Shown piece by piece: positions 29,863 through 46,110 of a stretch of 64,000 nucleotides of DNA; positions within the stretch are counted from its first letter, which is position 1, and the number at the start of each line of letters is the position of its first letter. This DNA comes from the human T2T-CHM13v2.0 reference genome, Homo sapiens. The DNA is taken from the NCBI RefSeq assembly GCF_009914755.1, contig NC_060947.1, one strand, 5' to 3'. The notes beneath the pieces were generated by a model. It saw nothing but the letters and a program-made list of their open reading frames with translations, ran no database searches and was not told the DNA's origin. Made by a program: the position numbers and the translations under genes.

Positions 29863-32800
29863 TATTAAATCAAATTTAGCCTAAAGCAGCCTCCTTACAT
29901 ATTTTAAGGTCAGCCTAAAAGTTTCTCTGTACATCATGAAGTATAACTTAAATGGGTTGTACATAGACTGTAGCCTACTCTTGTGCCAATCACTGAGTTT
30001 TGGCCAATCAACTGTGGCCAACTGTTCAAATCATATTCAAATAAGGCAAACCCTGAGCTGTAACCAATACCAAAATCAAATTTCTACTTCAAAAATAAGT
30101 CTTTTTTGACCTCTAACTTTGGGATGCTACAGAGGGCCCTTGAAGCATCCAAAAGAGAGGTAAACAGGATTATTTGACATGTTAAGTTACATGCAAAGCA
30201 TTGCCAAATAAGAAATAATGTTTAACTTTCTTCAGCCTATATTTTAATGAATGTTATTAATATATGTTCAAAAATTGTATGGAATTCCTAAAATTCTAAT
30301 ATGTCTGAGTATATGCTATCAATCATAATTATGGGTAAGTTACTGTAGACCACAGAAATAACCACATTTCCTTGTCAATTGTGTCTTTAACTGTGACTAT
30401 TTAAAGCCATTTCCATAGTTAACTGCTTGATTCTGATGCAGTTTCTGAAAACTTCACAAGCATGCAACATCCAAGAATACGATGTCTTTAAGGAGGTTCA
30501 GGAAAGGATGGAAAGGACCCTGAGAAGCACTCCTTAGTACAGGTTTCTAATCACTTTAGAATCATATCATTTGGACTGGGTAAGAATTCCCAGAACTTTA
30601 ATGAAGAGACTGACTAGTATATAAAACTGCTCACCCAAGCAGAACAAAAATTAATATCAAGAAAATATTTTGCAGGTTTCCATGCTAAATCTGCCAGTAT
30701 TGAAAATGTTTAGATATACAATTTGAATGAACTCCATAGTCTAAGTAAAATTACCTATGATAACCCATCAGTTATCAGTGCTATGCACCTAAATTGGAGA
30801 AACAACTGTTATTCAAGAAGACACAAGTCTATTGTTAAGCATAGACTCATGGAAAACCAGGATGGCTATCTTGTCCTTCTTAAGTCCTTAAAGCTATGGT
30901 TATTAAAAGTTCTAAATCCAAATTAAATATATATATTGGTATGATGACTTCTAAGTTGCTAAAATAGTTTATGACCAATGTTTGGTTTGTCAAACCCATA
31001 TTCTTGGGAAGACAAATAAAAATTTCAGGTACATTCTACTATCTGATGGGCTATTTAAACACTTCTAAAGGGATTTCATTCAATTGTCATTTTCAGTGCA
31101 TGTTTTCTGGTTGTACAAAACGTTCTCATGCAAGAAGGCTAATGTTATAACAGTAGCTCATTATACCAAAGTGTCTCTTCACCAGGTAAAGAAAGATTTT
31201 AATGGTTCACTGACTGAGAGCAATTAACCTCTTCACAATATAGAACATGAAGATTAGACCTTCTAAGAATATCATTGAAAGACTACCCTTGCCATCCACA
31301 CTGCAGCAAAACTTCTGGACCTTGAACCTTGGGTTCATAATCTCACGACTTAGAGGGGTCCCTCCTTACTCTTGGAACTATAAACACATTGGAAACCTTA
31401 AGGTAAAGCTAACCAGGGAAGCTTCTCCTCAGAAGAAGGTGGCATCCTTGATGTAGACAGCTTTATCCCAACATCACAGATAAAGACTTCTCTACTATCA
31501 TGAGACTCTTATCTTTGAATATTTTTCCCTTGCTTATGCCTCTATGAATGATAGAAGTGAAAGGGGGGGTCTATTGTGTGCACTCATGGGGTATAGTTTA
31601 TTTGTGAAAAATTTTGCAGCCAGCCTTATATATGGATAACCTTATGCCTTGATAGATGGAAGATGAAGGCCTAATGTACTTGAGAAATGTTAATGGTACA
31701 TACCTTGCCTCACAGTCAGTCAGAAACAGAAAACTGGTCCACTCCTCTTAGCCAATATCATAGGCTAAAAAGAACACTGCCAGGAGGTCTTCACTCTTCT
31801 GAAGGGCATTGTTTGTTAAGTCCTTTTTCCCATGGTTTAGAGTAAATGAGGTAATGATTAGAAATTTATTCCTCATGATATGCTTTATAGCAGATTCTAC
31901 TGTAGAGGCTCTGGTTACATAACAGACTGTAAAGTCTCCTGTGAAAGTTATGCTGAATAATAGAATTGCTCTGGATTAGTAACCGGCTAAACAGATGTAT
32001 CTATGCAATGCTGGCAATTCTTGTTGCCCATGAAGAAATACATCACATCCAGTATTACAGAGATTCAGTTATATGGTATTAATGAAGAGACTGCTTAAAG
32101 TGGGTAGACTCTTCATCTAGCTCATTCTTTGGTCTATTTGATTTTAGTTGGTTTGGTTTATGGGGAACCTGGCTAAGGAGCAGACTCCAAACTCTTGGTG
32201 TTATTCTCCTGATAGTCTTAATAGTAGTCTCCCTGGTACACTGTATTCTCTCAAAAGTTTTAAATACTTCCATGCAGCCATCTCTAAAATGTCAGATGGT
32301 CTCTCTTTAACTGGAGCGACAAGAGCTGAAAGAAATATGTGACCAAAAAGTCACTGTAACCCACGAATGACATGCTGAGACCAGAAATCCAAAATGATGG
32401 TAACTGAGAGTGGCACTAAGGCCCTAAGTTTTGGTCACACTCTCACCATGAGAATCTGACCAAAAGGGGGGAATTTTAAAACAAATTATGGGAGCCCATT
32501 GTTTGCCCCAACAGACCAGACCAAACCAAAATGGAGTCATTTATGCTAAATGTGACATAATCAAACTAAGACTTTAAGGAAACACAGAAGATTTTTAGAA
32601 CAGACCATGTTTTGTTTCTCTCCTGCAGCATAAGAAGGTATTCTCTACTCCAAACCTTACAAAAATAATAATAGTAATAACGTTAAGACCTTGTTTCCAC
32701 CTTACAAAACCCGCAGTTCTGCTATTTCCCAGTGGGTTTCAAAACCAAGTAAGTACATTTACTATGGTGATAGTGACATCAATGACTAAAGTTTTGGTAA

Positions 32801-33232
32801 ATCTCTCACAATTGAGAGGATGAAAAAATGGGGGAATTGTTAAATCAAGTGCCTAAAGCTACCTCCTTATATATTCTAAGTTCAGCCTAAAGGTTTCTCT
32901 GTACATCATGAACTATAACCTAAATGGAGTTATATATAGACTGTAGCCTGCTCTTGTGCCAATCACTGAGTTTTGGCCAATCAACGATGGCCAACTGTTC
33001 AAACCATGTTCAAACAAGGCAAATGCCAAACTGTAACTAACCCCGCTGTTTCTGTACCTCACTTCCATTTTCTGTATGTCTTTTCCTTTTTCTGTCCATA
33101 AATCTTCTTCTACCATGTGGCTGCACTGGAGTCTCTGAGTCTTCTCTGGCTCAGGAGGCTGCCTGATTTGTAAATCATTCTTTGCTCAATTAAACTCTTA
33201 AATTTAATTCAGCTACAGTTTTTCTTTTAACA
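29863..33232 (+). mobile_element. MER57-like ERV1 provirus with internal deletion: partial 5' LTR (29863-~30068), internal/env remnant, full 3' LTR (32838-33232)
   Basis: Two direct LTR copies sharing gcctactcttgtgccaatcactgagttttggccaatc. Polypurine tract before 32838. Env ISD-like NNRIALD at ~31956. TSD gtat/gtac. Confidence 0.8.
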
Positions 33233-33236
33233 GTAC

Positions 33237-35155
33237 ATATGGTCAAGTAATTTTCTACAAGGCCACTAAGAAGACACAAGGTGGAAAGAGTAGTCTCTCC
33301 AATAAATGGTGCTGGGAAAACTGGATATCCACACAAAGAACAATGAAACTGGTCTCTTATCCTACACCATACACAAAAATCAACTCAAAATGGATTAAAT
33401 ACCTAAATATAAGACCTGAAATGTAAAACTCTTTAAAATAAAGAGGATGGGGAAGCTATTTGATATTGGCCTTGGTAGTGACTTTTTGGATATCACACCA
33501 AAAGCACAGGCAAAAGCAAAAATAAATAACTAGGACTATATCAAACTAAAAAGCTTCTCCACAGCAAATAAAACCATTAACAAATTGAAAAGGCAGCTAA
33601 TAGATTGAGAGAAATTATTTGTGAACCATATATCTAATAAGGGGTTAATATCCCAAATATATAAGCAACTAAAAGGAAACTAAAACTATTTTCCTCAAAA
33701 TATACTTTTTTGGCATATTTTGAAATTCAGGCAAATGTGCCTATTCAGAGGACCTGCAGACAGGAATAGCTCTGAAAAGCTGTCATTTGTGGAGTATATA
33801 TGCATTGCTACATTAGCAAAATAAATAGCCAGGCTTTCTTTGAGGCCCTACCCCTTATCCAGATCTGGAAATAATTAACTCAACCACAAGCTGCTACCTA
33901 TTCTTTCTGAGAGCTGTTGCCTTTGAGATTTCATCTACATGACAAGATTGCCTTTACCCCTTGCCTTTATTTCTCTCTCCCTCCCATAATCTTGAAGCAT
34001 GGTCTTGCCATGCTTTAAGCCCCTATTCTTCTGTTACCTCAAGATGGTATAAAAATGTCAACTATCTGGCCCTGTCTTTGAGATTTTCATATTTTGTATG
34101 AGTCCCATGCACACATGTGCATATTAATAAATTTTCTATGTCTTTTCTCCTATTAATCTGCTTTTTGTCAGTTAATTTTCAGTGAACCTTCAGAGGTCAA
34201 AGGAGACATTTTTCCTTTTAGCCCCTTCAGAACTCACAAAATTATGTAGCAAAATCATAATATAATTAAAGAATGGGCAAAGGACCTGAATAGACTTTTT
34301 CCAAAGAAGGCATAAAAATGGCCAATAACTGTATGAAAAGATGCTCAACTTTATTAATCATCAGATAAATGTGAATCAAAAGCACAATTAAATATCATCT
34401 CATACCTGTTAGGATGGATATTATCAAAAAGTCAAGAGATAACAAGGGTTTTCAAGGGTGTGGAGAAGAGGGAACTGTTGTACACTCTTGATGAGAATCT
34501 AAATTGGTATCGCTATTATGGAAAACAGTATGGAGGTTCCTCAAAAACTTAAAAATATAACTACCTTAAGATCCAGAAATCCCTCTTCTGTGTGTATACT
34601 CAAAAGGTGTCTGTGCTCCCATGATGAGCATTATTCACAGTAGCCAAGATATGGGAACAACCTGAGTGTAGTGTGAGTGGGCAGTTGAATGGATAAATTG
34701 TGGTAGATATATAATGGAATATTAACCTTAAAATAAAAGATACTGCCATTTGTAACAACATGGATAAAGATGGAAGACATTTTGCCAAGTGAAATAAGAC
34801 AGACACAAGAAGAAAAATACTGCCTGATCTTGTATGTGGAATCTTTTTTTAAAAAAAAAAAAGAGTCAAATACTTAGCGCAAGGAGGAAATGGGGATGTG
34901 TAGGTCAAAGGTACAACTTACAGTTACTTGGGTTAAATAAATAAGTCTGAGATCTAATGCACAGCAGGAGGACTATACTTAGCAATATTGTATACTGAAA
35001 TTTTACTAAGAGTTTATTTTAGATGCTCTTATCACAAACAAAGGTAAATATGGATGGATGGTGATGGATACGTAAAATTGTTTACCTGTGGTAATTATTT
35101 CACTATGGATATGTACATCAAAACATCTTGCTGCTCACCTAAAATTAATACAATG
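33237..35155 (+). mobile_element. L1MA ORF2 end and 3' UTR, interrupted by a MER34-like LTR
   Basis: Sense L1 ORF2 text (aataaatggtgctgggaaaactggatatccaca). The 3' UTR stops before a poly(A) at ~35155. Confidence 0.75.
33668..34229 (+). mobile_element. MER34/MER39-like ERV1 solo LTR
   Basis: Motif ttttcagtgaaccttcagagg near the 3' end, AATAAA, and aact on both flanks. Confidence 0.6.
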
Positions 35156-35189
35156 AAAACGGAAATGCTCCTGACGGGGCAAGGAGGAG

Positions 35190-36377
<1,188 letters not shown>

Positions 36378-36874
36378 TAGGTTTACCTCTCAGTGTTCAC
36401 ATTTCTGCCTGTTCCACTCCATCTTATCTGGATTTTCACCAATTAACTCAGATTGGGATTTTATTTCCTTAAACTTTTGGGAGATAGGAAGAGTTGGGAG
36501 AGGGAGGGGCTTACTTTCCTTTGTGGTCTTTGGTTGTGAGTTGCCCTCCCATCTCCCCAGTTCAAAGTACCTCTCCTCTCCAGCCAGACCTTTATTTATT
36601 TCTCCTTTGCAAGAGCTGCTCACAGATGGCCTAGGACTTTATTGCTTATTCGGCCAGTACTAAAAGCTGCCAATGGATCCCCACTGTGGGAGATCCCAGG
36701 ACAGAGTTGTCTGACATTGGAGTTTGGAGTGGAAACAAAATGGTATAAAGACATTATTGGAATGATTGTTCAGTTTAAATAGGGATAGTTATTGTATAAT
36801 TAGATAATATTGTATTAATGTTAAATTTCCTGATTTGCTCATTGACAGTGGTTAAATAAAATAATGTGTTTTCT

Positions 36875-37164
36875 GGCCAGGCGCGGTGGCTCATGCCTGT
36901 AATCCCAGCACTTTGGGAGGCCGAGGCAGGCAGATCACCTGAGGTCAGGAGATCAAGGCCAGCCTGGCCAACATGGCGAAACCCTGTCTCTACTAAAAAT
37001 ACAAAAAATAGCCAGGTGTGGTGTTGGGCGCCTGTAATCCCAGCTACTCAGGAGGCTGAGGCTGGGAGAATCCCTTGAACCCGGGAGGCGGAGTTTGCAG
37101 TGAGCTGAGATCACCATTGCACTCCAGCCTGGGCAACAGAGCCAGACTCTGTCTCAAAAAAAAA
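36875..37164 (+). mobile_element. Alu (Sx-like) followed by (TA)n-rich tract to ~37253
   Basis: Full Alu consensus. Confidence 0.95.
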
Positions 37165-38077
37165 ATATATATATATATATTTATATATATATTTATATAT
37201 ATTTTTATATATATTTATATATATTTATATATATATTTATAAGTATATATATATTCCTTTTTTTAGTCAATACACACTGAAATATTTAGGGGTACAGGGT
37301 CACAACATATGCAGCTTACTCTCAAATGGTAGAAAATATGTATATATGGTAGAGAGAAAAAATGATAAATGAGACAATGTTACAAATTGATGAATATGGG
37401 TAAAGGACTTTTCTTGTACTATTTTTGTACTATTCTTGCAAATTTTCTGTAAGTTTTAAAGCATTTAAATTTTTAATTAAAAATATTTTTCCCTGGTATA
37501 AAGTACTTTTAGCACAATGAATTCAAACAAGTGCTTGCCTTTTCTGTAAAGGAGAATGATAAAGTAGGATGAAAAGTTATTAAGTGTGTGAAAACCGTTA
37601 GATTATCTAAAATTTATATTTTTTGAAAACATACAGTGTGAAAAAACAGATTTTATGTTTTAAACATATGAGCCATATTGGACTGTAAACATTCCATGAT
37701 ATTTGATATACATAGTGAACGCTTTCAATAACATTTAGATGACATTTGCAAATAATACTTTATTCTATTTAGAGTATATAATAGCTCATGATTGGTCTAG
37801 GAAGATGAATACTTTAAGACAAAGCCAGTATATTAAAACACACACATATATGCATGTTCAACCACACACTCACAGAAAATTGTGTGAAGCCCTCCCTATT
37901 AGAGTGAGACACAAGATGTATTTGTCTTCTAGCATATGTGACATCACTTGTGTAGCATCTAGTGTTATTTTTGTGCTGCCCTGGACTGGATCTTTATATA
38001 ATGGCTACCTCTGGTAATGCAATTTCCAGCTGTGGAGCAGTTCTATGGAATTTTCACCCCCACCTTGTGCTTTCCTA

Positions 38078-38422
<345 letters not shown>

Positions 38423-39975
38423 ATGGTGAAGAAGAGTATTCTCTCAGAGTGGGAAGGGAAGTCCAGATATGTCTTTTCTTTTGTATGAGAAGTAAAACCT
38501 TTTAAAATACTATCAGCATCTATTAACTTCCTCCATACTTTGTCTCTCATTAGGCAAAGCAATGATGTTATCTATAACCTTCTAGAACAAAACTGTGTGA
38601 ATCAAATCCTTCCCCCTGGCCAAGGAGATAAATCCTAGCTCAGCAGCGTCCTATGGAAATGGGGCTCTCAAAGACAGTACAGCACACAGGAAAGTGAGCC
38701 TAGCTCTCCAACCAACATAATATTATTAGTTAAAAGCATATTTCAGAGTTCCTAACAGGGTAATTTTTGTTTGTTTGTTTTTGTTTAAAATGCCCATGCG
38801 TATTTTATTAATAAAAACTAACAGTGCCAAGTTAAACAAGTCAAACAATTAAAGTTTCTTTATATTCCATAAAATATTACAGAAAAGTTTATTTGTGTTT
38901 CAATAAAAAGACTTTCGCTTTAGAACAGGCAGCTAATAGCAACTGTGCAGTTAATGGGTTTTGTGAATAAATTTTAAAAGAGACTACTGCCTGTCCTTAA
39001 ATTCCTTGTTCTTTTTATTAAAAAAAAAAGAACTATTAAAAATGATTGACAAATTTTGAGTTAAAAAATTGTTAAAACATTCTTTATATTTAATTTCAAT
39101 TTTATAATAGATTACAGGAAGATGCTTATGAAACAAATACATTTGTTTCAGTATATGTCTTTAAATGATAGACTGATAAGTATGTAAACAACTATATAAT
39201 AAAAGGTTTCCAAACGCTGCCTGTAAGAAATCAGGCAAATTTTACCATAAGCAATAAACCATTCCAAGCCTTCCAAACAGTCTCCATAGCCACACCAGCG
39301 TGGCAGTAAGCTTTAACCAAACAAAAACAAACAAACAAACAAAAGCACTTTGCAATTTGTTGCTGCAAAATAGGGAGAGAAAAGAGTGTATAAACTTGAT
39401 GGAATCACGACAGTCAATATAATTTAAGAGAAAATAAAGTTAATAAGGTTGATGGTGTTTATTGTTTAAAATGTCGAATTCTGCTGTTTGCTTGGGGCTC
39501 TGGACACCGTACCACTGAACAAATGGAAAACTCCACAGAGTCTCGCTATCTGCCAGTGGGGGCGCCGTCCAAACTCACGGCAAATAAACGGCATCAGGTG
39601 CTCACCATCCACAACAAGAGGGCGTTTTATTTTCATGCATGTGGATGAAATACAATTTCTTCAGCAAACTCAGCAAAAACTGTTCAGGGGCAAAAATGAA
39701 CTCTGCACTTAAAAGAAAAATAAAAAATGAAAGCACAAAATACTAAAAAGTAAATAAACGCTCTGCATCAGCACACTGGTATCAAAACACACATCCACAG
39801 CACGTCCTAATCCTACAGGAAACAATCCTTGCTTATCAGAGGTGCATATCTAAATTAAATAGCTTACCAATATCTTCTTGGGAGTAGGACAAAAGGAAAC
39901 AGAAAACCTACATTAAAAAAAAAGTTTCTTTTCCCTAAATGTTTTCCTGAAGCTGAATTTGAAGTGGGGAGGACG

Positions 39976-41205
39976 TCAGTCGTCCTTGTCATTCTCGTTG
40001 AAGTCATCATCCTCCTCGTCGTCCTCCCCGACGTAGGACACCGGGGTCTCCACCCTGGAGCCGCTGTACTGAGACCTCTTGGAGCTTGTGGCCAGCATCC
40101 CATCTGCACCGTTGGTCAGGTCACTGGCAGAGAACCTCGTGCCTTTAGACGTGGAACCTGCCGCCGTGATGAACACGCCTCCAACAGTTCCCTGAGCCAT
40201 TTCTGTCACATACGGCTCCAGCGCCTTTGGGACTAGACTTCTGGCCATTTTAAGGTCTTCAGCAGAGCAGCTCCCAGACTCCAGCCAGCAAGCCATGCCC
40301 ATCCGCTTCAGCACTTCTATGTCACCTTGGATTTCAAATGTGTTGTCAAAATTAAACAGATACTCGAGTTTGTCGTTGGAGATGCTGCAGTCGATGACGG
40401 TCTTCTTGCTGGTGTTGACGACGATGAAGGGCAGGTGGATGACCGAGTTGGGTGGTGGCGGCCGGCTGGCCTGCTGCTCTGCGTGCCGGTTTCTCTGCAC
40501 CAGGTTCTTGAAGGCAATTTGCTGTAGAATAAGTTCTCGAAGTTGAGACTGTTTCTGTTTTATTCTTTCAAGTCTCCTCTGTCTTTCCACCTCTAAGTTC
40601 TGACATTCCTGAGCCGAGTTGGTGGGCAGACCAATCCACTTAATCTCCTTCTTCTCCTTGGAGATGATGTTCATGGCCATCAGCACGTTTAAGGCATCAT
40701 AGACGCGCCGTCTTATGTTCTTCTGGTCATAAGCTGACTCGTTTGGTAAGATGTGGTTGTCGGCAGCACTGAACTCTGCTACCAGCTCGTCCGCCACTTC
40801 GTTGTAGGAAGTGGTCCCTTTCCTCTGCACCTTCTCGCAGACCTTCATGGAGAAATGCCGCAGGCCCTTGCAATTCTCTCCTTTCCTGTTGCGCTTCCCT
40901 GCAGACCGAGGTGAGGAGTCAGAAGGCTGGTTCTGAGAGGCAAAGTGAGTGCTGGGGGTGTGTGAGCTTCCTACCACCAGGGTGTTTGACGCTGCAGGTC
41001 TCTGAGGCATACCAATCACCACTTGCTGGGCAATGCTGACATTGGACTGTCCAAAGGTTTTTGGCAAGAGCTGTTTCCCGAGCGGGTTGACGGTGGAGGG
41101 GTGAACGGCCACGAGGGACACCACGCCTTTTCCGGAACTAAGGTTCTGGTCTATGAAGACCTTGAGTTCTCCGTTGGCTTCAATTAGACCGGCATCTTTT
41201 GCCAT
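39976..41205 (-). CDS. TFDP1: Intact 409-aa DP-1 (E2F dimerization partner)-like ORF of the retrocopy; translation unproven
   Basis: Open frame from [21 protein letters not shown] to NENDKDD, with the DEF box [19 protein letters not shown] and strong Kozak context (aacATGG). Confidence 0.8.
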   Translation of the reverse strand: MAKDAGLIEANGELKVFIDQNLSSGKGVVSLVAVHPSTVNPLGKQLLPKTFGQSNVSIAQQVVIGMPQRPAASNTLVVGSSHTPSTHFASQNQPSDSSPRSAGKRNRKGENCKGLRHFSMKVCEKVQRKGTTSYNEVADELVAEFSAADNHILPNESAYDQKNIRRRVYDALNVLMAMNIISKEKKEIKWIGLPTNSAQECQNLEVERQRRLERIKQKQSQLRELILQQIAFKNLVQRNRHAEQQASRPPPPNSVIHLPFIVVNTSKKTVIDCSISNDKLEYLFNFDNTFEIQGDIEVLKRMGMACWLESGSCSAEDLKMARSLVPKALEPYVTEMAQGTVGGVFITAAGSTSKGTRFSASDLTNGADGMLATSSKRSQYSGSRVETPVSYVGEDDEEDDDFNENDKDD

Positions 41206-41269
41206 GTTACCAGATCCGGAAAATCAATGCTACAAATGTTCACCTTCCCAGAGAAGAAAAATGATTTTT

Positions 41270-41908
41270 CTGGGCGCAGCCCCGGGGTCCTGGCGCAACG
41301 TGCAGGCTCGCGGCGTCCACCCCGGACACTGGCGGCGCCCGCCCGGCAGACCGGTAACTCTGACAGGTGGGCTTCCGGGGTCCTCGCCGCGCGCCTGTCA
41401 CTAGGCCTCGGGCCGCCTCCGCACTAGGCGCCTCCCGCGCGCGCCGGAACCGGGTCCCCGCGGGCCGCCGTGGGGCGGCCTCCCCTCCCCCGCCCTGCGC
41501 GCTCCAGCCGACCCTGGCCCCGGCCCCACCTCCGCCGCGGGCCGCGGGCGCTGCTGTCGACCGGGAGGGCCGGGCCCGGGACCCCCGCCCCACGATTACC
41601 TGGGGAGCCCCCACCAGCGCCGAGCGCGCGGGGTCCCCGAGGCACAGGGGCGCGCTGGGCGCGGGAAAGCGCGGGTCGGGGCCGCGCGGCGCCTACAAGC
41701 GGCCGGGGCACGGGATAGGGTGGCCAGGGGTCCCGCCCGCGCCCCAGGCCCCCGCCCGCGGCTCCCGCGGCATCCCCTGCCCGCCCGCACCTGGCTACCC
41801 GATCCGGCCGCGTGGGTGGGGGCGCGGAGAGGGCGCGGTGCGGGGGCCGGGCCGGGCGGTCCAGGCCGCGGCGGGGTCCCTGCCCTGGGCCGAGCAGCGC
41901 CGGGGACC
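41270..41908. promoter_or_regulatory. CpG island carried in as the retrocopy's 5' leader
   Basis: Very GC/CpG-rich block inside the TSDs with GC boxes; AT-rich immediately beyond 41908. Confidence 0.7.
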
Positions 41909-42177
41909 ACAGGTTAATTTTTAATTGCTAGCTGTGTACGTAATTCAGGGATGCAGATTTCAAATATACGCCAAAAAGGTAGGCAAATCTGTGTGAATTT
42001 TTCTTTTAATTCCCAATATACTTACTTTTTTGTTATTTTCAAAAGCTTGTCTTGCTTCTTTGAATGTGCAGACGACTTCTGTGTACTCGCCCTCAATCTT
42101 GGCTAGCATTTTAATACTGAATTGGCTTTTTTCCTGTGAAGAAAACTAAAAAGATATATAATTATAAGCAAAAAAAT

Positions 42178-42910
<733 letters not shown>

Positions 42911-43959
42911 TAATTCCAAACCACTGCATCTGCTATCTTCCTCATCATGTGAGTACCTCCTTTCAGTAGCAGTTCCCCTGGGCAGGGACAGTGACATAAT
43001 TAACTGTGTTATATTCAGACATTAGCACATTCCTGCAAACCAAGGGTGTTTATGATAGCACTATTTATACTCATTAGTATAAGTAGATACCCCAAGGCAT
43101 TCTGCTGTTGGACAGAAGCAACCAAATCAAAACCCAGCCTCTAGACAATGTCTTTGTCCTGCTTCCTGAAAATAAATAAAACTTCTATTGAACTGTATAA
43201 TATAAACCCAGAGAACCATTACTTGTATGAAAAGATAGGTGACAAAACAACATTGAGGAGTTAAGATACATTTGGCCAAACCCATTCCAAAAAAGAAATA
43301 ATAATTTTGTTTTAAATAAACTTTAATTATGTATAGTGACATTTTAACACATACAACCCTATTCCACTGCCCCTCAGAAAAAGAAAATTCTTCTCTGTGA
43401 TGTATGGAGATATTGCCACATAGATAATCAAAATTTATACCCATGATACTCTGTGCAGTAAATAAGGCAATAGCTATATATGCGCTCATGGAGAATCATT
43501 TTTACTTTTCTATACAAGTAAATATAAAATGTACTTCAATTACATATATCTAAAAAGAAATCTTCTTTGTTTGTATACATAAATAAAATGTCACCGGAAT
43601 TAAATCCCTGTTAATATAAAAGGCCTATAACATTTCTTAATCTTATAAATTTCTAACATATGAAAAGTCACATTAGTGCAAGATTTTTTTAAATTTGTAT
43701 TTTCCAAAGGAGTTTTTAAAGTATTCATTTTCCAGAGAACATCTTGAAATAAATGAAAAATAGAAGTGCTTTTTTAAGAATAAATGTCTAATCAATGATT
43801 TTAAACTTTACTTAATTATGTATATTTCATATAATAGAAAACAGATTTTTAACCTAGTATTTTTTTAAGTATCCAAATTGGAATCAGCTAGATGACACAC
43901 AATAACAACAATAGTAGGCCCACAATGAATGTTTCCATCCTTCCACACTTCATAAGCAT

Positions 43960-46110
<2,151 letters not shown>

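Larger units (their letters stand above)
38769..41908 (-). pseudogene. TFDP1: Processed retrocopy of TFDP1 mRNA (5' leader, intronless CDS, 3' UTR, poly(A) remnant)
   Basis: Intronless CDS. Minus-strand AATAAA at 38804-38809 and decayed tail at 38764-38786. TSD acagggtaattttt (38755-38768) / acaggttaattttt (41909-41922), followed by aa, i.e. an L1 endonuclease TTTT/AA site. Confidence 0.95.

Noticed and set aside
31850-32340. Env-like coding remnant
   Set aside because: Multiple stops and frameshifts; not a captured env gene.
39976-41205. Calling this TFDP1 itself or TFDP3
   Set aside because: TFDP1 is multi-exon, whereas this is intronless with TSD and tail. It is much closer to DP-1 than TFDP3 is, as recalled.
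41240-41924. Pro/Arg/Gly-rich ORFs upstream of the TFDP1 CDS
   Set aside because: GC-content artefacts in the leader.
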